Shown: positions 23,855 to 36,262, numbered from the stretch's first letter. The stretch: 64,000 bases of DNA from an uncultured Nitrososphaeraceae archaeon (GCA_963729045.1 CAVSMN010000020.1:32001-96000); one strand, 5' to 3'. Notes: generated from the sequence alone by a model not told the origin. A program made the numbers and translations.

Positions 23855-24496
23855 CTACGCAGTCTTTCTTCCAAAATATTTGTCTGGTATAATCTCGGGT
23901 ATCAAAACTAGTAATAAAAGAAACAGACTAGCAGGCAAGTATATAAATGAAAATCCTATAGCTACCGAGTACGTTAATATCGTGGCTACTACACGTCTAC
24001 TGGAGCTTTTCTCAATCAAAGCCTGTACCGACTTGTCAACTAATTCGGGGTGATGTTTGACATAGTAGTATATTGCATATATTAGTAAACCTGCAAGAAT
24101 TGCATTGAATGAAAATGCGAAGATCGAATTTTGACTATCCATATACTGTGTAAGCAAAGTAGTCGAGAAAGGTATTAATCCAATAATCATTAGAAAAGAG
24201 ATGTTAATCCAGATCAAAGGGCGATCTACAGAAAGTATCCAGCGGAAAATTCTATGATGTGCAACCCAAAAAGCACCAAGTGTTGAAAAGCTAATCACGT
24301 AAGCTAGGAAATCAGGCCATAAATCAACAAATTTAGCAGAAAGTCTATCTGATGCGTACTCTCCCCCTTCAAATAAAATGAGTTCCGGGACGCTGATGTT
24401 GAACACCAATATTGTCATAATTATTGCAAATACTCCATCAGTAAGAGATACAAGTCGTCCCTTGTCAAAATCTAAAGTCTTTTTTTCAAAACCCAT
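23855..24496 (-). CDS. TMEM175-family potassium channel
   Basis: RLVSLTDGVFAIIMTIL, YVISF...FWVAHHRIF, LIPFST. Confidence 0.9.
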   Translation of the reverse strand: MGFEKKTLDFDKGRLVSLTDGVFAIIMTILVFNISVPELILFEGGEYASDRLSAKFVDLWPDFLAYVISFSTLGAFWVAHHRIFRWILSVDRPLIWINISFLMIIGLIPFSTTLLTQYMDSQNSIFAFSFNAILAGLLIYAIYYYVKHHPELVDKSVQALIEKSSSRRVVATILTYSVAIGFSFIYLPASLFLLLLVLIPEIIPDKYFGRKTA

Positions 24497-25177
24497 TCTA
24501 AATCAATCATGTAATAGCAAAGAAAAGTATGATAAGTGAGAGTAAAATTCTGAATCAAAATAAGAGCGCATGCGAATATATAGGTAAAGTCATACTTATT
24601 AATAAATTAGTAGTCATAACATGATAGTTAGAAAGCAAGATTTGATACTAACGTCCACAATCTGACCTAAAGTAGCCTGTAGTTTAGCCTACAGATGTAT
24701 ACATTCCCATCAAAGATTAGTTTCAATATGTCAATCAACTAATCCGTGTTCAACCATACATTAATATTTTCAGTAGTAAAGTTATCATCAATTAGTGTTC
24801 TTTGAACCGACCAATTATGCCCTTCATTAAATGGACTTGGTTACACTATGTGGATATATCATATAATTAGAGGTTATTATTAATTGGCCTTATTCATTTA
24901 ACTATAAATATATCATTAGATGATGCCTATCTCTTTTATGAATACAAGAAACGGAATACCTTCAAAGTATGTATGAAATCAAAATTGCTAGAGTGGTAAC
25001 ATTTAAACTAGAACCTCAAATTGATTCACAAAACAACGTTGAAACAGCATTACTTTTGAAAAATCATTTTTTTATTATGTGGTCAAACAATACTGTTTAA
25101 TAAGTTCTGAAAATCCAAAACAGAAAAAAATAGAGAATTGAAAAATGTTTGTGGCTACTAACTGAGTAGTTACTAGC

Positions 25178-25381
25178 CTACATAGGTGCTGTTGAGTTAT
25201 CTGTACCAGTAACATTTCCATCTGTTGCGGTCATGTTTGATGACATTGGATCTGTTGTAGAACCCATTTCACTATCTGGCGTAGTTGGAGCTTGGGCTAT
25301 TGCTGCTGATGTAAAAGTGCCCGCCATTAAAGAAGCTGTTGCAAGAATACTTGCGATTGCAAATAAGTAGATTTTATTCAT
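25178..25381 (-). CDS. Small secreted low-complexity protein
   Basis: Signal MNKIYLFAIASILATASLMAG...AIA, then a T/S/D/M-rich tail. Confidence 0.65.
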   Translation of the reverse strand: MNKIYLFAIASILATASLMAGTFTSAAIAQAPTTPDSEMGSTTDPMSSNMTATDGNVTGTDNSTAPM

Positions 25382-26135
25382 GCGATTTTACTGTATAATT
25401 TATATCATATATTTATTATCTAAAATGATACTATATTTTTATGATGTTACTTCTTATATAGTATGTTTGAATAGATAGAGATTTCAGAAAATAGATTGAT
25501 AGGAATATTATGAAGAACGATTGTGAATTATATCTGTTAATTGAATTTAATGTGTCCGTTGCGAATGCGAATGTTTATTACTAATAATTGGTTCTGTTGA
25601 TATAATAGTTATTTACATATCTTTTATCAACTATCCAAGAACCATACATTACTACGATACTAGCATTTGCTATTCGTTAAATTAATTATATATTAAAATG
25701 AAACCTTGTTCTTATGTCACAATATCTAATAAATGATAAGTATTACTGCTAATGATTTATTGATGGGAGTTAAAAATAAGCATTAAATATTAATAATATA
25801 AATTATAATATGTCAAAAGTTGTTCGTTCTAAACGCATCCAAATTAAAATGATATACAAGAGTGCATAGTCAAAAGGTAATCATCTAATGTTCGTTTCGA
25901 TGGCCACGACAAACTTATACTCAAGTATTTCAATTTACCTAATAGATTAACATTTCTAATATCAGAAACTTATTTAATTAAAAACAAGATATAAAATGAG
26001 ATGATATAGATTAAATATAAAATAACAATAAATAAGTAATAGTATGAAGCAAAAGTTACTTTTAAATTCCAATTAGAATAGTTTTATTATTGACTTTACT
26101 AAAGACATTTAGTAATGTGAATGAATGTATGATTC

Positions 26136-26876
26136 TTAAACAAACCATTTCGACCAAAAGGTATTATCATCAGGAGACGAGTCAATTAGATAATCTGGCT
26201 GCTTATCAAGAAAAGTATCATTTACTCTAATCATAACTGCTGTTGTGTAATTGAAATCGAGGATACCGCCTATGAAATTAGGATCGATTGTAATCTCCAC
26301 TTTATTATCAGTCATTTTGTCTATTCTTGATAAGGGAAATGAATATTCGTTATTGATATTATCATAGATTGCCAAATACCATCCTTTAATTCTAAAATTA
26401 GATTCGCTGCCAAAGTTAGGGATAATTATGGTAAAGACCTTATTCTGGTTATTTACTGGATCAAGATGACTTATTAGCCAAAGATATGTTGATTCATACT
26501 TTTTATTCTGATTTGGATCATCATCCAGATTAATGGTGAAAACCAAATCATTGTTATACATCTTGCTAATCTGGGTGGAAACAATGTCATAAAATCCATG
26601 GATTTCAGGCATTTGAGTAGTCTTATCAAGAGTAATGAGATGAGTATCATATTTGGCATCTACAGTGTTACCGATTAGGACTTTGGTCAAATTTTTTGAA
26701 TTGATTAGGAACGGCAAGCCGCTATTATCATTATCATTATCATTATTATTGCAATCAATACTGCAAATAGGGTTAGAATGTAATTTGGTGTTAGTGGTAA
26801 GAAGAAATGAGGTAAGAATTGATATTGAAAAAGAAATTATGGTGATTAAAGTGATTATTGATTGTTGACTTTTCAT
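26136..26876 (-). CDS. Secreted or surface hypothetical protein
   Basis: 246 aa with N-terminal TM and NDNDN microsatellite. Confidence 0.75.
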   Translation of the reverse strand: MKSQQSIITLITIISFSISILTSFLLTTNTKLHSNPICSIDCNNNDNDNDNSGLPFLINSKNLTKVLIGNTVDAKYDTHLITLDKTTQMPEIHGFYDIVSTQISKMYNNDLVFTINLDDDPNQNKKYESTYLWLISHLDPVNNQNKVFTIIIPNFGSESNFRIKGWYLAIYDNINNEYSFPLSRIDKMTDNKVEITIDPNFIGGILDFNYTTAVMIRVNDTFLDKQPDYLIDSSPDDNTFWSKWFV

Positions 26877-27060
26877 AGTACAGATAATAATTTAGCATTG
26901 AAGATCGAGATTAAGATTTTCCCTGATAACAAATTGCGATAAATACCTCAACGAATTATTGCCATAAGTAAATTCAGATCCGTGATTTCGATGTCATATA
27001 CATCAAAAGGAATTTCTTTAAGATCAGGTTTCATCGAAAAATTGAATTCGGAATATATCA

Positions 27061-27795
27061 CTAATCACTATCACTTATTATCTTTAACAATAATCTAGAT
27101 AGTTCTTCTGGTGCCGTAATCATAGAATCATGACCTCTTCGAAGTTCAAAATAACCCCAGCTATCTGTTTCTTTTGACCTCATACTATGAAACATAGAAT
27201 CTCCGAAATCAGTACATGTGATGTAAGTTCTTGATAACCTCTTGGATTTGATTTCTTGGATCGATAACGCCTCATCATGAGTATGGAAAGGCATTGGACA
27301 TAAACGACTTTTCATCCAATTAATATCATCTTTATTAGTAACTCCAAATTCCTCCGGTGTGTAGGAGAGTACAAGCCAATCTTTACCTTCTTCTTTTAAT
27401 CTTCTTTGCTCATAAATATCTCTTAAACCAGGTATTAGATCAAATCCACTCTTACCATCTTGTGGAATATATGCGTCAAGAAAAATCATGGATTTGATTC
27501 TATCAGGGATTTTCTCTGCTACGCCGCCAATGACCATCCCTCCATAGCTGTGACCCACCAAGACAACATCACAAAGATCTTGATACTCAAATACTTGAAC
27601 TATGTCATTAATATGGGTAGATAAATTAATAGATTCATATAATATATGACTTCTTTCGCCTAAACCGGTAAGTGTAGGAGTATAGATTTCATGATCGTAT
27701 ACCTTTAGAAAAGGTTTCATCTTATTCCAACACCATCCTCCATGACAAGAACCATGGACTAAAACAAGTGATTTATCAATGGAATACGTTGACAA
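27061..27795 (-). CDS. Alpha/beta hydrolase (esterase-like)
   Basis: LVHGSCHGGWCW, PTLTGLGER, GHSYGG nucleophile elbow, GHDSM. Confidence 0.92.
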   Translation of the reverse strand: MSTYSIDKSLVLVHGSCHGGWCWNKMKPFLKVYDHEIYTPTLTGLGERSHILYESINLSTHINDIVQVFEYQDLCDVVLVGHSYGGMVIGGVAEKIPDRIKSMIFLDAYIPQDGKSGFDLIPGLRDIYEQRRLKEEGKDWLVLSYTPEEFGVTNKDDINWMKSRLCPMPFHTHDEALSIQEIKSKRLSRTYITCTDFGDSMFHSMRSKETDSWGYFELRRGHDSMITAPEELSRLLLKIISDSD

Positions 27796-28117
27796 TGCTT
27801 TATTATTATTGTATAAATATTTAAGAATAATTAGTATTATGGTTATTGGTAATCTAATTAGAAATAGTACGATATCATGCGATTTCTACATTAATGAATT
27901 TTCAAATACAGGCATGATAATGGCAGAATCCACATTAAAGGACCGATATTGTCTTGAAGGCAATTGTTAAGGATGAGGAGCTAATCCATTATAGATGATA
28001 AAGACAGATCATAATAAAATTTGTACGATGTTGCAACTACAATTTTTCAACTAAAATTTTACTTCTATCAAGTTAACCTTTGAATACAATAGTTTTTGAG
28101 AGGATTCATTGATTCAA

Positions 28118-28441
28118 TCATTTGTCCATACAGGTAGGCAAACTTCCACCATGACTTTCACGGTATTCCTTTAGCAATTGATCCTTTACATGTAGGGCGT
28201 TTTCCGTAATCAAATAACTAAATCTCCTTGCTTTGCTTATGCAAGGATCTGATAACGATTCTAAAAGAGATTGTTTTAGGTTGGTACTACTTCCAATAAA
28301 TAGAATTTTCATGTTTGCATGAACCTTAAAGACTCCGGGTTTGTCAAGAGTAGTAGTTGCATCGATATTAGAGTGATCAAAATCTAACCATTCGGACCAA
28401 ACATCTCCTCCTTTTTCTTCTTTGTTGTTCATATTCTGCAA
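28118..28441 (-). CDS. Degenerate GIY-YIG-like domain protein
   Basis: PGVFKV...ILFIGSSTNLKQSL; catalytic Tyr residues replaced. Confidence 0.55.
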   Translation of the reverse strand: MQNMNNKEEKGGDVWSEWLDFDHSNIDATTTLDKPGVFKVHANMKILFIGSSTNLKQSLLESLSDPCISKARRFSYLITENALHVKDQLLKEYRESHGGSLPTCMDK

Positions 28442-28957
28442 TTAACTTTAAATGAATACGTATAAAAAGAATTCAAGATTTAATGAAATGTCAAGTCAAG
28501 TTAAAATCTAATCCAAAACATAAACTTCTAATGAGGTTAACAAAAATGTTCTAAAGGCAACATAAACAAATCAATCGTTTGTAGTAGAAACGCAACGGAA
28601 ACCATCCGGCCAGTATCAAACTCGAATAGAAGATACGACTAGTTGATGATTTATAGAAATCTGTTATTTTAAATGAACCTCCTAATGGAACCCACAAGAG
28701 GGAAAGTTTGACCATTTTCCACTAATAACTATTATTGAAATATTAGTTAATCATAATCATAAAGTATCTTTTACAGCTTTAACAACATTAAATGATGAGG
28801 ATAAAGACACAAAAGTTCAAGACATGAAAGCACGTCCTCAAGATTCAACAATATTTATTTTGGTTAGTGCTTCATTCATTCATGTTAAAGAAATGATGTT
28901 AAATGAAGCCATAAAGAAGGAAGGAAATTTTATCTATAAGTATGCAAGTTATCTTTT

Positions 28958-29428
28958 ATGAAAATTATTAGTGCTACTTCCGAAATTCCTAGTATGACCA
29001 AAGAAGAAGCAGAGAAATTTCTTGAAAGTAAATTGAATTTGCAGTTGGCCACTATCGATGAACAAGGTGATCCAAATATCCAACCTGTCTGGTTTTACTA
29101 TGACAAAGATGGAGAAAAACTCTGGATAAACACTTCTAAATTTGCTAAGAAAACTCAAAATATTCTAAAGAAATCAACTATTTATTTTTCAATAGACGAT
29201 GAAAATCCCCCAGTTAGAGGAGTTAAAGGTAAGGGGGTTGCAACCATAATAGATGATTTAAAAACAGTCGTTCCACTAGGAGAAAGAATTAGTTTGAAAT
29301 ATCTTGGTACGCTAGATCATCCAATAGCAAAAATGATTGCCGAAGATTCAAAGAAGGGAGGAGTTGTACTTGTTGAAATTAGTCCAAAGTTCCTTTCTAC
29401 TTGGGATTATGGTAAAATGCAGTTTTGA
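28958..29428 (+). CDS. Pyridoxamine 5'-phosphate oxidase-like (FMN/F420 split-barrel) protein
   Basis: LATIDEQGDPNIQPVWF, KKTQNI, RGVKGKG, STWDYGK. Confidence 0.88.
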   Translation: MKIISATSEIPSMTKEEAEKFLESKLNLQLATIDEQGDPNIQPVWFYYDKDGEKLWINTSKFAKKTQNILKKSTIYFSIDDENPPVRGVKGKGVATIIDDLKTVVPLGERISLKYLGTLDHPIAKMIAEDSKKGGVVLVEISPKFLSTWDYGKMQF

Positions 29429-29906
29429 CTTGCTTATGATTAGGTTTGTTCTCTCTTTTGTTTTGGTAATAAAATTCTAGATCAAATATGTCTATTAATG
29501 GATTATATTTGTTAAACTGATCTACCGATCTATAAATATCATCAATAACCGATTTTTGATTGACATTAAAATCCGGATAATTTAACTACTAATTCTTTTT
29601 GGGATAAACCTATCGAAAGATATGATATTAATCTTCTATATTCAAAATCCCCACGAGAGGACCGATATAGTCTTGAGGTCTACCGGTCCTACTATAATTT
29701 TACTACATAATAAAACCACATAGTACAGTTTAAACTATTAATTAGATTCTCAATAAAATACTTTGTACCATCTGAGTGTTCAGTAGTTAGAAGACAGACA
29801 GACAGATTAATAAAATTACATGCTGGATAAACATAAATTGTAATTGAGGATCGGTATAGAATTTGTAAAAAAATAAATAGGCTTATCTGGTCTATACAAG
29901 AGTATT

Positions 29907-30299
29907 TTAAGGCTTTTTGTTCTTAGGATAATTTTCGATTTGTTTTTTTGATTTCATTGCAACTAAAAGCCCTAATAGTACGATAAACGCTATTTGAAAG
30001 ACTTCGATAGCAATTGCTGTATCTCCAACCATTCCTGCCCTACCTGTTATTGGATTTTCCGGTATCCTTGTAATAACCCATATAAGTACAAATGCAATCG
30101 TTCCTACTATGCCAATATAATCCCATATTTTACCCCAATTCTTTACTGTGGGAATTATCCAGAATATTTGTGCTAATCCGCCAACTAGAAACAAAATAGT
30201 CATTTGAGTATTAAAAGCTGGCAGCATATTTAGATGAAGAATGCCTGCGATTCCTGTACATATCGCCGCTACTATGGAAATTAACAGAATCTTGTTCAT
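29907..30299 (-). CDS. Four-TM membrane protein with an intramembrane His
   Basis: GIAGILHL, LFLVGGLAQIFW, GIVGT, WVITR; resembles the C-terminal domain of 59960-61130. Confidence 0.8.
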   Translation of the reverse strand: MNKILLISIVAAICTGIAGILHLNMLPAFNTQMTILFLVGGLAQIFWIIPTVKNWGKIWDYIGIVGTIAFVLIWVITRIPENPITGRAGMVGDTAIAIEVFQIAFIVLLGLLVAMKSKKQIENYPKNKKP

Positions 30300-30531
30300 T
30301 ATTAGTACAAAGTTATAAAACTATATAACGTATTAATAAATACTTTTTACAAAATAGGAAAAATGAAAGAGGTATCTCCTTAGACCTTGTTTATCCCTTA
30401 CTAGACTCTCTTCTTAGATCAAAAAATGAGAATCTAGATAAATGATAAATAGGAATTTCTCTTAAGTAATACTTACACCTGAACCTCAAAGGGTGAAACT
30501 CAAGTCTCATCACTTTTGCGCGTAGTGAGCC

Positions 30532-30743
30532 AGAAAAGTAGTAAAGGCTACATTCATGTGATAAGCATCTTGACAGTTGAGCTAATATGGGTCATGATAC
30601 CACAATCTGATAACCATGATGACAGCAAAAAAATAGATAGGTAACACTCCAATCTATCTTACCATTCTTGCATGAGAGAAAGATACAAAAGCATGAGAAA
30701 GTTCCCCATGTGAACTTCTAATTGATGCCTTTACTACTTTTCT
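30532..30743 (+). ncRNA. Candidate structured non-coding RNA, copy 1
   Basis: Perfect 17-bp closing stem agaaaagtagtaaaggc/gcctttactacttttct, internal hairpins, motifs shared with 51096-51223, followed by a T-tract. Confidence 0.6.
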
Positions 30744-31129
30744 TTTTTTTTATTAAGTTGATTCCCTAAATGATGGAATAAGTCGGAAAAACTGTTCCTT
30801 TGAGAATTCTATATTTGACACCCATAATAATTCAACATGATGGAGAAATAGAGATCTGAAAATATCCACTATACAAAAAACTTATTTTCTAATTCAATAC
30901 TCACAATACAAACTAAATATTTTCAGGTCCTAACAAAATGTTGCACTAGACTGTATGTTGTATTCATAATCCACTCCAACGCATCAAGCCAAACATACAT
31001 TCTTTTAGTTTCCGAGTGCATGGAAGGGAAGTAAGACATCTAGGGTTTCTCACCAGTTCTCCTCTATTACTTCCCATTCCATTTCTACTCATCCATACTT
31101 TGGTGTTAAAATTAGTCATTAACCCCTAA

Positions 31130-31284
31130 ATGCATTTAACCCAAAAATGGTCACCTTCTGGGACAATACACAAGGTCCCCAGATGTTGATTGCATCAATG
31201 AAAAGCGGTGTGACATATGTTAATTATCATACCGAATAAAATTCAAATAGTGAAATTAGAGGACAAATAATGAGCATAAGGTAG
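31130..31284 (+). pseudogene. CHRD-domain C-terminal remnant
   Basis: LIASMKSGVTYVNYHTE*NSNSEIRGQI resembles the CHRD YVNVHT..NP.GEIRGQI motif, with an in-frame stop. Confidence 0.6.
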
Positions 31285-31675
31285 ATACTTCAGTCATAGC
31301 TTCTAGAAGGATGAAAGTTAAAATGGACGATAGTATAGGGTTTGAATAGGGAATTGGAAATACATCAGTAAAAACACCAGGAATAGATGTATGAGTAGTA
31401 AGAGATTAGCGTGTTTTTTCCCTCGATTTTACTAGGATAGCCCTACACAAAGAAACCAGAGTAGATAAAATAACTCTTTGCGATCATTAAACCAGCAATC
31501 TTTTGATTTTCAAGTTAAACTCTTCCAAAATTACTATCAATTTCATAATTTATTCACATTATTAAAAGTCTATAAAACTAATCATGAAGAAAAAAATGGC
31601 TCTATTAGTATAGTTCTTTCCTTTGTGCTTCAGCAAAAATTAGCTATTTAGTTGGAAAAAAATATGGTATATAAA

Positions 31676-31870
31676 TTAAGTTGTTTTTATTACTTTTCTA
31701 AAATGTTCTAGGTTCTTTGCCATTTCTTCTTTGAATGACTCTTCTGTATACCCATGAACTTCTATCCCATGTTTTTTCGCATTTTCCATCAATTCTTCTT
31801 CTGTTTGGCCATACATGGTATGTGTACACACAGGGTCTCCCGCATCCTTGCAATTGAGGCTTAATGTCAT
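31676..31870 (-). CDS. DUF1059 small metal-binding protein
   Basis: CKDAG..C...GQTEEELM....KHGIEVHG. Confidence 0.85.
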   Translation of the reverse strand: MTLSLNCKDAGDPVCTHTMYGQTEEELMENAKKHGIEVHGYTEESFKEEMAKNLEHFRKVIKTT

Positions 31871-32103
31871 AAATTGTAAATGCTATGCATTAAGTTAAGG
31901 ATATCTATCAACTTCCAAGTTTGAACGGAATCACTCATGAAAGACTGACACAGTCTTGATATATCGAGTTAGTTTCACGTATTGATAAATCAGATCAAAA
32001 ATTCCAGAAACAGCTATCAAATAATGATAATGAAATTAATAGAGATGCTTAGTTGTGAGCTACGGATAATAATAATCCTGTCAATATTGGACTTTTTCTA
32101 CTA

Positions 32104-33366
32104 TTATTCTATCACATTAAATAACCCCATCCATCCTAAATCTGAAAATTCATTAATATGCGAATGGAACATGTATTTTCCAGGATAATGATAATTGAAT
32201 TCCAATATGCCTCTGTCACCTTGACCTAGTGTCACTATGTCGTTTTCAAAAGAAGGTTCTTTAGAAGTTCCACTGGGGTAGTATTTGTACATATTTCCAT
32301 GCAAATGAAATGAATTGACTTGGTCAAACTCTAACATATTAATCAGGTAGATACGATAGTTCGTGTTCATGTTAATAGGAATTGGGTTTTCCACATAATC
32401 AAATGCTTTACCATTAGCTGTATAGACTTCATTTCCGTGTTCAAATTCTTGTGGCATATAGTCTTCTATTACTTCTTGAGGAGTTGGAATACGGCTGGGA
32501 CCAATTCCTTCTTTTTCATAGTCTAAATCATATCCGTTCATCATCATTACCATCTCAGTCATATTTTGTCTGGGTGTCTTTGGATCAATAATAAAGGCAC
32601 CATACAAACCTTTGTTGATATGCTGATCAATTGGAGAAACATGACAGTGATATGGATAAACACCATATGGCTGGGCTGTAAAGACATAGGTAAAGTTTTG
32701 ACCGGGTTTAATATATCCCCCAGGTCCATCTATTCCATCCATATTAGAAGGATGTGTGGAATGTAAATGCAGTGAATGCGTATGGTTGTTTTCTTTACTG
32801 TTTATTACATTTATTTTCACTAAATCGCCTTCTGTTACCCGCATAGTGGGACCAGGTATCGTACCATTAAAAGTCCATGCATCAAAAAATGTTAAACCAT
32901 TACTTGCAATCGGTATGGATTGATTTTCCTCTATAATCAAAGTAAATTCCCTAACTGTTTGATTGATTCTGTTATCATCAGTTGTAATACTATTTGACTT
33001 TACATGACCACAGTTAAAAAAAGTCAAATATTCTATTGAAGATGGTTTCTTATCGGTATCAGGACTACAATTCTTAATCTTGTCATACTCCTCAGTAGAG
33101 AGTAAATTCTTGCTGGTACTACTACTGCTATTATTATTGGAGGCAACAAGAGAACTGTCGTTAACCAAATTACTTTGTAAACCTGAAAGAGAATTAGGAT
33201 TTAAAGTAGAATTTATCTGTGAATTCTCATTGATTGGACCTTGAAAAGTCGTCAAATTATTATTAGTTGCCATTATAGGATGAAGCGAATAAGATAAAAA
33301 AGATATAGCAATGAAAGCTACTAACAATAGGATAAGATTCATTGTCAAAAAATTTGGATTTCGCAT
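32104..33366 (-). CDS. Secreted two-domain multicopper oxidase (T1 site in domain 1)
   Basis: WTFNGTIPGPT, HSLHLH, YPYHCH...H..KGL, NSFHLHG, YMFHSH. Confidence 0.92.
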   Translation of the reverse strand: MRNPNFLTMNLILLLVAFIAISFLSYSLHPIMATNNNLTTFQGPINENSQINSTLNPNSLSGLQSNLVNDSSLVASNNNSSSSTSKNLLSTEEYDKIKNCSPDTDKKPSSIEYLTFFNCGHVKSNSITTDDNRINQTVREFTLIIEENQSIPIASNGLTFFDAWTFNGTIPGPTMRVTEGDLVKINVINSKENNHTHSLHLHSTHPSNMDGIDGPGGYIKPGQNFTYVFTAQPYGVYPYHCHVSPIDQHINKGLYGAFIIDPKTPRQNMTEMVMMMNGYDLDYEKEGIGPSRIPTPQEVIEDYMPQEFEHGNEVYTANGKAFDYVENPIPINMNTNYRIYLINMLEFDQVNSFHLHGNMYKYYPSGTSKEPSFENDIVTLGQGDRGILEFNYHYPGKYMFHSHINEFSDLGWMGLFNVIE

Positions 33367-33421
33367 AAATAAAACCTTTGATTTATTGCGACATCATATC
33401 ATTATTTCATATCATATCTTA

Positions 33422-34350
33422 CTACTTATATGGCAACTTTTCACCTATATCTTTTAATGCCGAAATTGCAGTATCAACGGTCATGCTTGGACCTGCTGTC
33501 CATACCAACAGTGTCTGTTCTGAACCCGTATCTCTGGCTAATCCACGAAGATCCTTAAAAGAATATGTGCTGTCTATTGAAAACCCATTACTTTTAAAAT
33601 CCTGAACATATTCATCGATATCTTTTGTTGGAACCATAAAGACTCCAACGGTTTCTATGTTGGTATCGGATGCAGTCGTGATGATGATGGAGTATTAGTG
33701 GCCTGAGTCTGTGTTTCTTCATTTGACGGAGTAATAGGGGCACTGGTACTAGATCCAATAACAGTGTTATTTGCATTTGAATTTAAGACATTGGGTTGGT
33801 CTACTACTTTAATATCGCCCTTCATTACAAATCCTTTTTGTACTGCTTCTTGGTCAATATCTGGACTCATATATCCAAAATCCCCTACTGTATTGAAAAC
33901 CATTGGGTTAGATGCAGTAAACTCTGGTAACGTTCCACTATCAAATAAACTTTGATCATCATTTAGTATAATGCTATGTTCGTGGCTTACGTCACCGCTA
34001 AACCAAATAACCTGGGTTCCTTTATTTATTATTGCTGTTTGGGGTAGAAAAGATTGCTCAATGAATCTGTTTTCTTTGGCTTCTCCGTTACCATGATGGG
34101 CTTCATCAGGTATCAATATTATTAAATTCTTGACATTATTTCCTAATACAGCAGTTCCCGTATCGTAAATGGATTTAGCATCTATATTCGGTTGAGTTTG
34201 GGTATTATTTAATGTTGTAGCAAATGCATTAATGTCATCAGTGGAATCATAATTTAAACTAGTTAATGCCACTGTCAAGATAAATACAAAAATTCCAGAC
34301 AAAGCTATCGTTTTATTTCCTTCACCTAAGGTCATAATTTTCTTATACAT
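33422..34350 (-). CDS. Cupredoxin-like secreted protein, frameshift near 33670, directly upstream of the multicopper oxidase
   Basis: IPDEAHHG, FLPQ.A.INKGTQVIW, DVSHEHSI, FDSG, MKGDIKV; C-terminal part in ORF 33422-33637. Confidence 0.75.
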
Positions 34351-34841
34351 TTGTTTACTTAAATAATGAGTATTATAATATACATCCAACAAATTACGTT
34401 TCCCTAATTATAACTTCATTCTACTAAAGTAAGTTTCTATAAATTATTATGTAACAATATATCGATCATAATCTAAAGGATAACCAGAGAAAGACAGATA
34501 ATAATTTTGAATCAGAATAAAAATCCTATCTTTATAGATTCAATCCAAGATTAAATGTCGACCGTAGATTAGAGTGTACTTTAACATATATAATCACCAT
34601 TATTTTTGAATAAATATTTAAAGATAAACAGTATTACGATTAGTAATATGCGAGTTAATAATATAAGATCCGATTATCAATAACCATTTCTAAAATATTG
34701 AATTTTCAAATACAGAGATGATTATGGTGGAACCCGCATTAAATGACTGATATAATCCCAAAGTCCAACAGGTTCATTGAAATATCATTAATGCATGACT
34801 AGATTCAATTAAAGATAATTATTCTGAAATTGACTATCCCT

Positions 34842-35049
34842 AATTTTTCAAAATTTTTTTTCTCTTTGCATCGAGTTGTGAGTCATATTGTTTATCAAGA
34901 CATTTTGATACTTTTAGATCGTTTTCAACTTCATTTTTTTCCGCCATGAGCTCCTAAATATCCGTCTGTAGATCTTCAAGTTCCTTAATTTTTTCATGAT
35001 GATGTGGATTTTCTACTAGATATTGAACTAAGTCGATTATCGTAGCCAT
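34842..35049 (-). pseudogene. Coiled-coil gene remnant with an in-frame stop; homologous remnant at ~7390-7470
   Basis: MATIIDLVQYLVENPH...DI*ELMAEKNEVENDLKVSKCLDKQYDSQLDAKRKK. Confidence 0.45.
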
Positions 35050-35433
35050 GTCTTTTTGATTTATTAATTAACTGACAATTTTTCCTATATTTACTAAATC
35101 CAAACATTTTTCTTGGATTTTTATAACCTAAAATAAAAAAAATATTAGCTATTACTAATATCCTATCTAATAGCTCGATACTACTGTTATTTTCTTTAGA
35201 GCTATGTTGTTTAAGCCGAAAAACAACATGGCTTTAGGTTTATTTATAATTTCAAAACTATTCAAAGATAGATGAATTGTAAAGATAGGAAACATAGAAG
35301 TATTATTGGTTGCTTGCTAATTCTTTTTCTTGTGTAAAGACAGAGATAAAATGCCAGGACATGTTTGTGTCATGTTTCAACTGTTTTGCCTGTTAGATAA
35401 GATTATTAATAAATATCATAAAATATAACCCAA

Positions 35434-35459
35434 GGATTCGAAGCCCATCGGGTCGATTA
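35434..35459 (+). repeat. tRNA 3'-end-like repeat copy (well conserved)
   Basis: ggattcgaagcccatcgggtcgatta; 20/26 identity to the 46225 copy. Confidence 0.75.
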
Positions 35460-35509
35460 AGTAATAGGCTATACTAGATCAAGTTTTAAAAATATAGTCA
35501 TTTTAACCA

Positions 35510-36262
35510 CTACTGTTTTAAAGTGAGATTAAATGCCATTTGTAAATTTGGGTGTACTTTCCCATGAACGATTTCCATAATTTTCGAAGGTTGTGAAATG
35601 TTCTCAATATTTTCTCTCAGCTCATGCAACGATTTTTTGAGAAAGGGAACTGTGTTATTATCTACGAATGTTGTATCTTCAGGCTCTAGTTCTTTTTCAT
35701 AAATTTCAATCATCCTTAATGAGGTTTCCAAGGCATTATTATATTGAGATTTGTCTTTAACAAGTACAACATGTTGATTTTCTAAATCTGGTGAATCGTG
35801 ACTAGAGTGATTAGCAGTATCTACCACTTGACTACTATTCATTTCTAACCCGTTGGCTAATGAGAAATTCATATTAAGCATAATGTTTGAAGGTATCCCA
35901 AATGCATAACCATATTTTCTAAGAACTTCATCTCCTAAATTGGCCATCATAGTTGCGATTATGGTGTTGTTATAGAACTGATCACTATCAACAAGAAGAG
36001 AATCCTCGCTTACGAGGATATCATCAATTATCTCATTAATGTTATCCACATGGTCATTTGACAATGATTCGCTTTCATTATTTGAACCATCTACCAAGCT
36101 ATTGTTTATGAGTCGGTTTTCAATCAATATCATGTTTATGAATGTAAGAAAAGTTGAATTGTCATCTGTATCAAAGTTATGAGCAGTAACAATAATTCCA
36201 AATACATTTACAAATAACAAAGACAAAATTAAGAAAAGTGAAAAAAGTAAGTGGATTTTCAT
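35510..36262 (-). CDS. Secreted helical protein with His at the predicted mature N-terminus
   Basis: Signal ...IIVTA|HNF; C-terminal MEIVHGKVHPNL. Confidence 0.8.
   Translation of the reverse strand: MKIHLLFSLFLILSLLFVNVFGIIVTAHNFDTDDNSTFLTFINMILIENRLINNSLVDGSNNESESLSNDHVDNINEIIDDILVSEDSLLVDSDQFYNNTIIATMMANLGDEVLRKYGYAFGIPSNIMLNMNFSLANGLEMNSSQVVDTANHSSHDSPDLENQHVVLVKDKSQYNNALETSLRMIEIYEKELEPEDTTFVDNNTVPFLKKSLHELRENIENISQPSKIMEIVHGKVHPNLQMAFNLTLKQ

Noticed and set aside
30532..30743. MITE with terminal inverted repeats
   Set aside because: Outer ends differ between copies while pairing is kept, and no target-site duplication is seen; disfavoured but not excluded
32104..33366. nirK nitrite reductase
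   Set aside because: Four HxH motifs indicate a trinuclear cluster typical of two-domain multicopper oxidases
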